Of a DNA stretch of 64,000 nucleotides, positions 12,234 through 24,420 are shown piece after piece. The notes under the pieces are model-generated. The model was not told where the DNA came from. It saw nothing but the letters and a program-made list of their open reading frames with translations, and searched no databases. Every line of letters starts with the position of its first letter. Within the stretch, counting starts at the first letter, position 1. Both the position numbers and the translations under genes were made by a program. The DNA is from Pecten maximus. Lineage: Eukaryota. The stretch lies in contig NC_047019.1 of the NCBI RefSeq assembly GCF_902652985.1, positions 14,254,097 to 14,318,096 on the forward strand, written 5' to 3'.

Positions 12234-12246
12234 ATGTCGATGGACA
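12234..12246 (+). CDS. CHMP1: CHMP1 exon 1 (MSMD-, phase 1)
   Basis: aaaaATGTCGATGGACA|gtatcc. The frame is completed by exon 2 to give K. Confidence 0.6.
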
Positions 12247-15200
12247 GTATCCTTTAAAATATTGGTAAAAACATGCGGGTTATAGAATATAGAGATGGGT
12301 AATTATGTTGATACTGAAGTAGGTTTAGAGATTTTCTTGAAAATGTAAACATTGGAAGTCACGATTTCCTGATTCAATCAGACTCAAGGACTTCTCCTAT
12401 GAAACTTTGTTATATTCTATGATTGTATTGTCTATTTAATTTGTCTACTGAAGGACAAGTCATGATAATTATATAACATTCATTTTAAAGAAATGTTGTC
12501 AAAAAGACTACTGATGATGAAAATCAGCAACAGTTTGTAGTAAAAGTTGACAGAATTATGAAATGTAAAAGTTTAAAGTAATTAAGAAAAAAGATCTGTA
12601 TTTTGAAATTATTTATTGGTCCTGAGTTTGGTCAACTAAATATTTCCTCTCTATTTACCTTAATATGACTAAAGTGTTGTAGTGTTGCCTTGTAACTTTG
12701 CAATATATCAATATAATATGTGCATGTGGCAGGTTTTCATGGTGATATGGTCGCCTTCTAGCTTTGCGCTAGGGGGAATTTCCCTTTAGAGCGGCGGACC
12801 AGTAATCTGAAAGTTGATGGCCATGGTTTGATCCTCGTTGGAGGCACACTACTCTCTTTCCTGTTACAAATATATACATTGTATTTTATATGGTTTATAT
12901 ATAGACTTATATCCTATACAAAGATATTCTGATGGAAAATTCCCTGTGAATGCTGATGTTATGTATGTTATGTATTTTTGTAGTTTTCTTGAAATATTTA
13001 TTTAATAGATTATGTATTGCATGTTCTGTCTGGTATACCTTAACAGTATATAGAGCATCTCTTTAATCTCAAATTCGCTGCAAAGGACTTGGAGCGCAAT
13101 GCAAAACGAAGTGAAAAGTCAGAAAAAGAAGAAAAAACTAAATTAAAAAAGGTAACCAGTAGTTAAAATTGTTTATAGAATGCTGATAAAGGTCAGGTGA
13201 TGTAGACAATGTACTGGTAAGTACCGTAGATTTTTCCCATGTCAATATTTGAAGAAGAAAAAGGGCACTATACACAAATATTTATGGTAAGTATTATGGT
13301 TGTAACCATGTAACTATAAACATACACCTGTAGATCAGTATGGTAACACTATGGTCTATGGCCACCATATATAGATAAGTATGGTAACACCATATGACCA
13401 CCATGTAGATAAATATGGTAACACCATGGCCACCATGTAGATAAGTATGGTAACACCATGGTCATCATATTAGGTGGATATGGTAACACCACATGGTCGT
13501 CATATTAGGTAGATATGGTAACACCACATGGTCGTCATATTAGGTAGATATGGTAACACCACATGGTCGTCATATTAGGTAGATATGGTAACACCACATG
13601 GTCGTCATATTAGGTAGATATGGTAACACCATATATAGCCGCCATGTAGGTAAGTATGGTAACCATTAAATAAGTATGGTAACACCATGGTCTGCATGTA
13701 GATAAGTATGTATGGTTTTACCATGAACACCATGTAAGTAATGAAAATTTAGTTATCTAAAACATTTCAGTGTATACAGCGTAACGATAGTAAAAGAACT
13801 TACCTGTATCTGTATATACCTTTTTTAGGTCACCTGAGACAAAGTCTCAAGTGACCTATTCTAATTGCCTTTTGTCCGTCGTCGTGCGTCGTCCGTCGTG
13901 CGTCCGTAAACAATTTACATTTTCGACTTCTTCTCCAAAGCCCCTAAACCAAATTCAATGAAATTTGGCAGGAAGCTTTTATGGCTAAAGGTCAACCAAA
14001 ATTGTGAATTATATGGTCCCCACCCCCAAGGGGCCTGAGGGGCGGGGCTAAAAAGGGTCAAATTTACTAAAACTTCAAAAATCTTCTTCTCTACTCTCAG
14101 ATATGGTGGAATCAAACACTCTTCATAGATGGAAGGGTCTTAAGGTACTTTACCAAAATTGTGAATTTCATGACCCAGGGGTCTCACGTTTGCCCCTGGG
14201 GAGGGGGTAAACTTTACTATAGTTTATATAGGGAAATCACATTTTTGACTATAATTTGTTGGATTTCTATTGGAATTCATTCTAACTTGGTTAACATTAT
14301 CAGCATGGGAAAACAGATTGATGGTATACACATGTTGGCCTTGACTGACCCCCAGGGGCTGATGGGCGGGGCTAAAAAGGGTCAAATTTACTAAAACTTC
14401 AAAGATCTTCTTCTCTACTCTCAGATATGGTGGAATCAAACACTCTTCATAGATGGAAGAGTCTTAAGGTGCTTTACCAAAATTGTGAATTTCCTGACCC
14501 TGGGGTCTCACATTTGCCCCTGGGGAGGGGGTAAACTTTGCTATAGTTTATATAGGGAAATCACATATTTGACTATTGTTTGTTTGATTTCTATTGGAAT
14601 TCATTCTAACTTGGTTAACATTATCAGCTTGTGATTGCAGTTTGATGGTATACACATGTTGGCACTGACTGACCCCCAGGGGCTGATGGGTGGGGCTAAA
14701 AAGGGTCAAATTGACTAAAACTTCAAAAATCTTCTTTTCAAAACCCAATTAAGATAGAATCAAATACTCTTCATAGGTGGAAGGGTCTTATAGTGCTTTA
14801 CTAATGTTATGAATTTCATGACCCTGGGGTCACAAGTTTGCCCCTGGTGAGGGGGTAAACTTTACTATAGTTTATATAGGGAAATCACATTTTTGACAAT
14901 TATTTGTTTGATTTCTATTGGAATTCATTCTAACTTTGTTAACATTATCAGCATTGGATGACAGCTTAATGGTATATACCTGTTGGCCCTGACTGACCCC
15001 TAGGGACTGATGGGTGGGCTCAAAAGGGTCAATTAGATTAACTGAAATACTTCAAATCTCAGGTGACCGTTAAGGCCCATGGGCCTCTTGTTACACTTGA
15101 CATGCACTCCACTATACATACATTAGTGTATGTCTTCATGGAATGATCTGCATTGTAATCAAATCTATGTGATATATACATATACACTGTACATGAAATA

Positions 15201-18200
15201 AATATATATAGTACATCCAGTGGTAAACATGATTCAGATGTCGTATTTACGATGTACATTTGACTGGTCATTAGTCTATTGAAGGTGATATTTATATAGT
15301 GTAGCCGCTAAAACATTAATATTGTCTATCTATTTCTAACAAACTGTCCAAATATGAAGCTCTGTTTACACAATATATAACTTATATATGTTACAATATA
15401 CTATACATTTAACAACTATTTACACATGTATCACTTTTATATCAGTTACATTATACTGTGAAAGGAGCGAGTTGGTGTGGCTTGTATTTAGTGAGGTCTT
15501 TGTCACTCAACTGATGGAGCAGCTTCGATTGCTCTTGAGGTAGTCGTGGATTATTACACCAGAGATCCTGGTTCGATTCCTGTCAGGGCATTCAGCAGGA
15601 ATGTGTTTTCCCTGTTACCTCACTGACAATCCTATTAATTTCCCGACTATTTACCCTTTTTAAACAAGTTACATTATATACTTTACATATACCAACACAT
15701 ATAAAGAACAGTATAAGTGACAGGCCTTAACACAGTACAGGGCAACTCTTCAATTTGAAATATAGTGCTAGGTCACTACTGCGTTTTGCAAACAAATGTG
15801 ATAAGGAAGAAAGGACTGAAAAGAGAAAATTGAAAAAGGTGAGTTTATATTGTAACGTGTAGCTCGTTTCCTCACCTGGTGTTGTAATAAAATAATGGTC
15901 TGATATACTATACTCAGCTTTTGTAACCCATGTATTAAATATGCATACAGCATTCCTCAAAAAAATGTCATCCCTGACTTATGTTGATTGGAGATTCTTA
16001 CCCCAGTCTTCAGAATGTTTAACACACATTCATTAATGCAATACTAGTAGTACCAAAGACAGTTCACTGTGTCACTTTCACATCAGTTAGGTCAAGGTCA
16101 CTATTTGAAGTCATATTCCAAATCTGCGCAAACAACAGATAAGTTTCATTATAGATACTTTTCAGTATGGTGTGTCACCAACTCACCATGCAATTTGTAC
16201 TAATGATGCAATTTGTAATAAAAATTTAAGAGTTATTTTTTGTGTGTAAGTCTGCAGAAACTCAGGTCCAAGGTCAAGGTCATAATACAAACCTAGTGTG
16301 TAGCTGAATAACACCATGTGATATATTCAAAATAGCATTCCAGATGAAAATGTTTTATCACTTCTTATCAAACAGAAGCAAGCTCATCTGACTAGAATCC
16401 TATATTTTGTAGAACCAGATTCTGACCATTATGTATGCTTGTTACAGGCAATCCAGAAAGGTAATCTAGAGGGAGCCAGAATACATGCAGAAAACTCAAT
16501 CCGACAGAAGAACCAGGCCCTCAACTACAGACGCATGAGTGCAAGGATTGATGGTGTAGCAGCCCGGGTACAAACAGCTGTGACAATGAAACAGGTATGC
16601 ACATTACGTACCTGTTATATAATGTAGCATTTGTATCTTAGGTAATAAATGGAGGAGATCAAGTAGATTTGTTCAATATCAGAAATTTTGTTTAATAGTA
16701 AATGAATTTTCTGACACTTTTAAATAAATTGAAGGAATCTTATACCAGTTCAAAAATAATTATTTAATGTATGAATTGTTGTTTTTAGCCCACCATCATC
16801 AGATGGTGGGCTATTCAAATCGCCCTGCGTCCGTGGTCCGTCGTCCGTCCGTCCCTCCGTCCGTCCGTAAACAATTCTTGTTATCGCTAATCCTCAGAAA
16901 GTATTGCATTTTGAGACCAATCGGAAAACAACATGGCCGACAGGCAGCCATCTTGGATTTTGACAATTGAAGTTTGTTATCGCTATTTCTGAGAAAGTAC
17001 TGAAGAGATCTTTCTTAAATTTCATATGTAGGTTCCCCTTGGTGCCTAGTTATGCATATTGCGTTTTGAGACCAATTGGAAAACAACATGGCCGACAGGC
17101 AGCCATCTTGGATTTTGACAATTGAAGTTTGTTATCGCTTTTTCTGAGAATGTGCTTAAGGGATCTTTCTCAAATATAATATGAAGGTTCCCCTTGGTGC
17201 CTAGTTATGCATATTGCGTTTTGAGAATAATCGGATAACAACATGGCCGACAGGCAGCCATCTTGGATTTTGACAATTGAAGTTTGTTATCGCTATTTCT
17301 GAGAAAGTACTAAAGGGATCTTTCTCAAATTTCATATGTAGGTTCCCCTTGGTGCCTAGTTATGCATATTGCGATTTGAGACCAATTGGAAAACAACATG
17401 GCCGACAGGCAGCCATCTTGGGTTTTGACAATTGAAGTTTGTTATCGCTATTTCTGAGAATGTACTGAAGGGATCTTTCTCAAATTTCATATGTAGGTTC
17501 CCCTTGGTGCTTAGTTATGCATATTGCGATTTGAGACCAATCAGAAAACAACATGGCCGACAGGCAGCCATCTTGGATTTTGACAATTGAAGTTTGTTAT
17601 CTCTATTTCTGAGAAAGTACTGAATGGATCTTTCTGAAATTTCATATGTACGTTTCCCTTGGTGCCTTGTTATGCATATTGCATTTTGAGACCAATCAGA
17701 AAACAACATGGCCGACAGGCAGCCATCTTGGATTTTGACAATTGAAGTTTGTTATCACTATTTCTGAGAAAGTACTGAATGGATCTTTCTGAAATTTCAT
17801 ATGTAAGTTTCCCTCGGTGCCTAGTTATGCATATTGCGTTTTGAGACCAATCTGAGAACAACATGGCCAACAGGCAGCCATCTTGGATTTTGACAATTGG
17901 AAGTTTGTTATCGCTATTTCTGAGAAAGTACTGAAGGGATCTTTCTCAAATTTCATATGGAGGTTCCCCTTGGTGCCTCTTTATGCTTATTGCATTTTGA
18001 GATCAATTGGAAAACAATATGGCCGACAGACCGCCATCTTGGATTTTGACAATTGAAGTTTGTTATCTCTATTTCTCAAAGTACTGAATGGATCTTGCTC
18101 CATAGTAGGTTCCCCCTGGTCCCTTGTATTGCATTTTTGGACCAGTCTGTCCTGAAAACAACCTGGCAAACAAACAGCCATTATCGTTAAATCTCAAATT

Positions 18201-20333
18201 TCTTATATAGCTAGGATTCCCTTGTTTGAAAAGTACTGGAGGGATGTCTCAATTTGCACAGATTAGTAAAATGAAGGGAAAAGTAGAGAAAAAATCAATC
18301 TGACATGGAACTTATGAAGATCATTCAATGGTGGGCGCCAAGATCCCTCTGGGATCTCTTGTTTTTCTGTTTAAATATGAAATCTAAGCGTTGTTCATCA
18401 TTTTAGGTTGCATTAAATCATTAAATTGAAGTCTATTAACATTACAAGCCTGTAATACAGATGTTTTGGGTTTATAGGTCACTGGATCCATGGCCGGTGT
18501 GGTGAAGTCTATGGAATCAGCAATGAAGAGTATGAATCTTGAGAAGGTAGGTTTATTTTTGTTCAAATGAAATTTTACAAGAATATTGTTGGCACTTGTA
18601 AAAAAAATTATAGATATACTTAACACTAAATATTTTCGCTACAGTCCATCCAGGATAGACGTCATGATCTCTGATTGGTCAATATTTAGACATTGAATTT
18701 TATGAAAATTTTTATGCATTTATATGGTGTATTTTGGGACTGTAAATAGTTGATTGGATGAGAAAGCAAATTCCTAGATATGTATCTGGCTATAAGCCCA
18801 TGTCTGCCTATAACAAACTACCAAATTTGATTAATGTTTATTGCATTTCAGTTAAAAAGCTTGTAGAAAATCAATGACATTTCATTGTCGAGCAATAAGC
18901 CCATTCTCTACCTCGAGTCCAAATTGATTTGTTAGTCACCTGGGCCTATCGCAGGATGACGTACAGTATTACGTTACAATTCAGTAGTGATGGGAATGAC
19001 ACCAGCTCAATGTGTGATGGTTCTAGTGTATTACCTGAAGTTATTTTGTCTTTAAAATGAAAATAAGATGTAGACATTACTTCTTTACAGATCTCACAGT
19101 TGATGGACAGGTTCGAACAACAGTTTGAGAATCTAGATGTGCAATCACAGGTGATGGAAGACACCATGAATGCATCGTCCACCCTTAACACACCTCAGAC
19201 GCAAGTGGAAGGACTGATGCAGGAGGTTGCTGACGAGGCTGGGTATGTACATCATCTTAGACTTGTTATATTTCCTAAAATAAACGGTAATCATGACGTT
19301 AAACATTTCTGTTAGGTTACTGGTCTACCTTTTATTTTGAGTTTTGATTGCATTATATATCAGTTCAGATGTGAAGTTGAGAGAAAGTCAAAAGACCGGT
19401 TAAACATACAGATTTAAGTGTGATTTTAACAAAGAATTAATATACATTTGTATTGAGCCATACATATTTAACATTAAAGACCATAGCTGTTGAAAGGTCA
19501 TTAAACAATACTATGCCAAACCTTAGGGCTATTCCAGCAAAATGCATACAGGTACCCTACGTGAGGACTCGAGAAAAAAACAAATTCTATACATGGTGGG
19601 TGTTGAAGAAAAGTGTGAGACAGTGGGAAGCAATCTTTAAATCTTGTTCTCATTAAATAAAATATGTGATTTGTGTTACAGTTTGGAATTAAACATGGAC
19701 CTTCCGTCAGCACAGTCATCCTTACCCTCTGGAGTAGCGTCATCAAATGCAAGTAGTGAGCAGGTAAGCTTGTGTGTAAATGGGCAGCATTATTACTGGA
19801 CAAGAACAGAAATTGTGGAGAAGAACTTGTATATATTTTGTTAAAATTTGCCTCTCATCCATTTTTCTGTTTTGACAATAAATTTCTTTAGATCAAATAA
19901 ACAAGTGGGTGTGTAAGAAATGGGGAAGTATCTATCATCTATTACTAGTTTTTAAAAGATTGGTCAGTTCTTGTTCTTATCATCTGTCTATTTTCTAAAT
20001 ATTGATTTATAAAATAACCTGGTTTAAAAAATACATTTTGGGGGCAAGAAACTTTGTTTGTGTTATTTTGGGGGATAGTTTATATCACTGATGCATTATT
20101 GAAAAATTGGTTTAGCAAATTTTCTTCATGAAAGTCTGATATAACATGTACTATTTCATAGCTTTTAAGTTTTTGTATCAGTATTTCTACCATACAATAC
20201 CACAACACAAAGAACTTTGCAGAAAAAATTCCTATTTCAATTTATTTGATGTAGTCTTTATCGATATAATAATAAATATGTTTCTTTTCTTTAGGATGAA
20301 CTTACACAGCGACTTGCAAAGTTACGGAATTGA
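12234..20333 (+). CDS. CHMP1: CHMP1 (charged multivesicular body protein 1, ESCRT-III). Complete gene with 7 coding exons plus a duplicated alternative exon 2
   Basis: Spliced translation MSMDKHLFNLKFAAKDLERNAKRSEKSEKEEKTKLKK|AIQKGNLEGARIHAENSIRQKNQALNYRRMSARIDGVAARVQTAVTMKQ|VTGSMAGVVKSMESAMKSMNLEK|ISQLMDRFEQQFENLDVQSQVMEDTMNASSTLNTPQTQVEGLMQEVADEAG|LELNMDLPSAQSSLPSGVASSNASSEQ|DELTQRLAKLRN*. This aligns along the CHMP1A/B proteins as I recall them. All junctions are GT/AG with consistent phases. Confidence 0.85.
13054..13151 (+). CDS. CHMP1: CHMP1 exon 2a (KHLFNLKFAAKDLERNAKRSEKSEKEEKTKLKK)
   Basis: Acceptor tatatag| and donor AAAAAG|gtaacc. It is 98 nt. Confidence 0.75.
13330..13700. repeat. 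Minisatellite with a unit of about 40 bp (atatggtaacaccacatggtcgtcatattaggtag), about 9 copies, in CHMP1 intron 2
   Basis: Direct tandem repeats are visible. Confidence 0.85.
13790..15060 (+). repeat. Satellite-carrying element. A 5' leader (hairpin ggtcacctgagacaaagtctcaagtgacc, then tattctaat, a (GTCC/CGTC)n microsatellite, then gtaaacaat) is followed by about 3.5 tandem copies of a roughly 316-bp unit
   Basis: Unit period measured between the gggcggggctaaaaagggtcaaatttactaaaacttcaa landmarks at 14049 and 14364. The same leader and unit family recur at 63296-64000. Minus ORFs 13915.., 14224.. and 14548.. are repeat translations. Confidence 0.8.
15480..15625 (+). mobile_element. tRNA-like SINE fragment of a different family (…GGTTCGATTCCTGTCAGGGCATTCAGCAGG…)
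   Basis: tRNA T-arm-like GGTTCGATTCC motif. It lies just upstream of CHMP1 exon 2b. Confidence 0.4.
15741..15838 (+). CDS. CHMP1: CHMP1 duplicated alternative exon 2b (QLFNLKYSARSLLRFANKCDKEERTEKRKLKK). Same length (98 nt) and phases as exon 2a
   Basis: Acceptor gtacag| and donor AAAAAG|gtgagt. It is a paralogue of exon 2a (LFNLKF/Y…KCDKEE…KLKK). Including both would shift the frame, which implies a mutually exclusive pair. Confidence 0.5.
16448..16594 (+). CDS. CHMP1: CHMP1 exon 3 (AIQKGNLEGARIHAENSIRQKNQALNYRRMSARIDGVAARVQTAVTMKQ)
   Basis: Acceptor ttgttacag| and donor AAACAG|gtatgc. It is 147 nt. Lies within ORF 16439..16627. Confidence 0.85.
16780..18360 (+). repeat. Satellite-carrying element of the pearl/Helentron-associated type. 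Leader (palindrome gcccaccatcatcagatggtgggc, then tattcaaatcgcc, then (CCGT)n, then gtaaacaat) followed by about 9 tandem copies of a roughly 155-bp unit, then a 3' tail
   Basis: Period measured between recurring acatggccgacaggcagccatcttggattttgacaattgaag at 16931, 17086 and 17241. A related leader plus a partial unit lies at 58950-60060. Minus ORFs 17515.., 17670.. and 17987.. are repeat translations. Confidence 0.8.
18478..18546 (+). CDS. CHMP1: CHMP1 exon 4 (VTGSMAGVVKSMESAMKSMNLEK)
   Basis: Acceptor tttatag| and donor GAGAAG|gtaggt. It is 69 nt. Confidence 0.85.
19091..19242 (+). CDS. CHMP1: CHMP1 exon 5 (ISQLMDRFEQQFENLDVQSQVMEDTMNASSTLNTPQTQVEGLMQEVADEAG)
   Basis: Acceptor ctttacag| and donor GCTGG|gtatgt. 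Lies within ORF 19100..19315. Confidence 0.85.
19682..19763 (+). CDS. CHMP1: CHMP1 exon 6 (LELNMDLPSAQSSLPSGVASSNASSEQ)
   Basis: Acceptor tgttacag| and donor GAGCAG|gtaagc. Lies within ORF 19644..19844. Confidence 0.8.
20295..20333 (+). CDS. CHMP1: CHMP1 terminal exon (DELTQRLAKLRN*)
   Basis: Acceptor ttctttag| and stop TGA at 20331-20333. Matches the CHMP1 C-terminal MIM motif (…DELSQRLARLR…). Confidence 0.8.
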   Translation, partial: DELTQRLAKLRN

Positions 20334-23300
20334 TTCACTTCAGTCATCTTCTTCATTGTGATAGTAAAATAGAAATTCTGACTTTTAAACGGACGCCTTA
20401 GCTTTGAATAGAAAAGTTTTATCTGTAAAAGAAAACCAGTCTTCACTCAGAGTCTATCATGATGACTGCCCTCCTCCTGTTTCTGTGAAGCACTGATGTC
20501 GCAGACTGAAACTTGCTGTTAAGATGAGGTGTAGCATGATTGTGTTGAATGAACTCGGACTATTAACCAAGCAGGCAATATTATTAAAGATAAGTCTGTA
20601 TGGAGAGAAGTTTGGTGCTCATTGTTTGGAGGAAGGAGTAGAACAAATGCACAAATTGTAAAATAATGCCCAGATTTTACTTGTATCTACGTCTAATTCA
20701 CTTTTAAGAATATTTTGCTGGTACAAACATTTGTGAAAAACCAGTGAAACAAAATTACCGAAATGGTAGTACACATGTATATGGTGTGTTAACATTAGGT
20801 AATCATTTTAGTGCTGTGTGAAAGATGCAACATGTACTTGTTTGTACATGTATGTGTATTACAATATACATTATTGTACATTGACATGTACTTACCTGTA
20901 TGTGTCAGGCGAAAAAGAACCATATCCTTTACCATATTTCATTCATTTATTTTAAAATTTTTCTTTTATGTGGGTATTAACTTATATCACCAATATTGTT
21001 CATTTGTATGTAATGTTCTTGACATGGTGAACCCACCAATGAGCAATGGTCAAAGGGAGATAATTAACTTTAGGGAAATGTTTGAAAATTCTGTTAATAT
21101 AGTATTATATATCATGATACAAATTGATATCAAAGTCGCATGTGTTTCACGAAAATTACTTAGTCAAGTGTTCTTTTTCTATACACCTTTATTGAAAGTT
21201 ATCCATCAATTTAGTTAAGTTCTACAAAATCTAATTACTACAAGCAATTAAAAAACAGAATCAATGTATTATAAAGTTTCCTGCAGGGATTTTAGTTTAA
21301 CTTTAATTTGCAGATTTCGTAAGTCAAAAAACATTTTTCAAGAAATTTCAAAGGGGTAAAATGTATGTATAAAAGGCCCTTTCAACTTCATGAGGTAGAA
21401 CTCTTTAGGAAGGCCATGCTGTCATTGATCTGATGGAAGCTCTTTAGCATACAATACAAATGTACATCTAATTGGTATAATATTGATGAATATTTATTGA
21501 TATAGTTTATCTTTAAGAATAATGTATGTACATTGTACACATAACCATTATTGTAATTTCTTACCTAAGTATATTAAGTTAATTCCTATGGATGTGACAG
21601 GTACTTGGTAATATATTCTGACAGGCATGTGGATATGTCTATGGTAGTGATAATTAAGTGATGATAGGCTGTTCAGTGGATGTGTATTAAGTGTGACAGG
21701 GATGTGCCACCTGCTGTCATGGCGATTTATGCTTTAATTGAATAGAGAAAAACCTATGTAATATTTTAAATCTGTAGCAAAATTTCTTATTGGATTAATA
21801 TATTCTGTAATGTAAATTTTGATTAAAAAACTAGTTTCAGTTTGAATTTCTGTTACAAACTGCTGTGTAATATTCAATAACAGGGATATACCTAACACCA
21901 ACTTTCTGAATTATTAATAGTTTTCGCAATTCAAGGGATAAAACCTCAAGGATATTGTATTCCTGGAACTTCAGGATGTAACAATAAGAATTTCTGTATT
22001 CTTTTTTTTACTGTTATTCAGTTTATTGAAATCATACATACAGATGTGTATGTAGTAAACTATGTATTATAGATTAATAAAATTGTTGAATAAATCTTGA
22101 TCCAAACGTAATTAGTGTTGAATTTTCAATACGTTCTGTCAAGTTTGTGTAATTGATAAGATATATTGATAAAACATGTATTAAGCAAAATGTTTAAATT
22201 GACATGTCGAAAGCTAGATATATATGATAAGTTTGTAACAAGTGTAGGTTACCTTGTAGCTGGTAGTTTAAATTAATATGACTTATCTATTGTTCTTGTG
22301 TTGGGTGATCATTATTCTTCATTCCTGTTGACTTGTGACATTTGCATATATATATCTAAACAGGAACTTTCAAACTAGAGACTGGTATTCTTGTCTTTAT
22401 TGGAGTTCTACCAGTTTTGCTAGACCATTGGGCCTCTTCTGAACACTTTGATAACAAATTTTTTTATCTTAATTGCTAAAATTATGGGCATGTGTTTATA
22501 GTGACATAATACAATGGACTGTTGTTAACATACTAGATAGCTTTATATAGAGGTGATAATTACACTACAAATTGTATCCATCACATTAATAAATTTAGAA
22601 ATATTCATATTTCATATCACACCGGTATGTATAATCATAATAAATTAAACAATCCATGATCCGTACAGATGTACTTCAATAGGGTTTCTAGACATGCAGT
22701 AGACAGAGCTTGACTCTGATTCATATATAAAGTGTCTGTAATTAACTTCACTGTTGATAGGAATAAAAAGTGAATATGTGAGTGATAAAGTTTGGTGATA
22801 ATTATTTGTGGCTTAGTGGAAGGAGGCAAGTGCCAATATAGAATGCAGCCAAATGAAGAAAATGTCTCCAATATATCTCCACATTATAGTTGCATTGTCT
22901 TTCTCTATTCCTTCTGCTAATTTATAATGTGGTAATTCTTTCTGGCAAGTAGTTCTACAGTAATATGGTGCAGTTTCATATGGCAATCTTCCCAGGCAAT
23001 GCCAAATATGGTATACCTGCAACACTGCTCTTGCATAAGGAATTCCAGTAAAATCCAGCAAAGTTACACCTAAAACTCGAACTCTCGCTCTAACCGACAG
23101 GAGTAGATTAAGGTGTACCTCGCTCCTGTGAAGGCCGGAGTGGTCTGCACATTTTACCTAAATGTGACCATAATAATTGGCGACAAGTAAATATTGACCT
23201 TGTTTAATTTAGATATATATATACAAAATGTATATATAGGCATGACAGGAGTCTCTAGATTGGTGTACCCATCTGCTGTAGATAATGGGATTGAGATGTG

Positions 23301-23599
23301 ATAAATACCTCTCTAACAGGGGGCAATAAAACTGAGGCAAAACTATACGGACAATTAGTGCCATGGACGTGAATTTTTTAAAAATTACTTCATGGATTAA
23401 CGGCCCGGCATGTCCCCATATTAATGGTCAACGGACAGCTGCGCATACAACAATAATTGCACAGAATGATTGAAAAAATACTACAAGAATATAGAAAAAA
23501 AAAAATTATATATTTCCCCATTAGGTCTAGATAGATCTACTGCTAATATAAACAACAGCCGGCTATACACTGTACCTTAGCCTGCAGTTTACTTAACCG

Positions 23600-24420
23600 A
23601 AAATAATGTTGTCATCGTGTTCCTTCTCAGACACCACACGTGATGCGTCATAGCTTTATTGGAGTCAAATGTAAACACATGAGCAAGATGCGGAAGTGAT
23701 ATACGGGGGAATCCCATTGTCATTTCTAAAAATAGAAATATGAAGCCGTATAACGCATGCGCAGTGGGAATGTTTTTCTGTGTTTGCTGACAGCAGAAAG
23801 AGGCAGAAACTTACTAAGGTATGACTTTCAGTTGAATATCCTATTTTAGCACTTTGACAACCTTTGCAATCAGTGTTCAACAGGAAAGAAGTTGGCATAC
23901 TTCTTACCGTATTTGTATTAACGTTCGATATTTAAGAATTTACGTTGCGTTAGCAAGCTCGAGCTACATGTAACTGTTACGTAGAGACCTAGGTAGGCCT
24001 GCCTGTTTACAAAAAAAAGAGCTGCTTTAAACCCATCGTGCTACAGTGCATTCGGTATTCAGATTGCAAAAGATTATTTTAAAAGTGCATGCTTCCTGGT
24101 ATCGTGTTACTGCAATAAGGCTTGTGATTAACGTTATATAGTTAGACTTTACATCAACGGCAAAACTCGGGTTACCTGCAGGAGTGTAACCAGAAAATTC
24201 TATTAGGGCCTACATGATATTGGTTTTGTTCAATAAACCATGACTAATCACTCAAGATTTCTGAGCGTCCTTAAAGAAAAAAAAATCTCTCTTTCTTTTT
24301 AAATCAGCGCCACTGTGCACCCAACACCAAAACACTCTAGGAAATCGTCATTATTGACGGAAGGGAGTTACAATAAGAAGAAGAGAAGAAGAAGAATCCG
24401 AAGCAATGTTTCCGGCATGG
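23600..24420 (+). promoter_or_regulatory. Possible PARP4 promoter or 5' noncoding exon region
   Basis: The only CpG-richer stretch between CHMP1 and the PARP4 ATG. Contains an NRF1-like palindrome cgcatgcgca near 23756 and tgatgcgtca near 23642. An acceptor (tttcag|gtttgcc, about 25275) upstream of the ATG exon implies an upstream noncoding exon. Confidence 0.2.

Noticed and set aside
12740-12850. tRNA-like 3' end (…GGTTTGATCCTCGTTGGAGGCA)
   Set aside because: No complementary 5' acceptor stem lies about 72 nt upstream. It is more likely a SINE or repeat fragment than a tRNA gene.
20811-21218. 135-aa + ORF downstream of CHMP1
   Set aside because: It lies in the presumed CHMP1 3' UTR and flank. 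It is Cys- and Phe-rich and low complexity, with no splice context.
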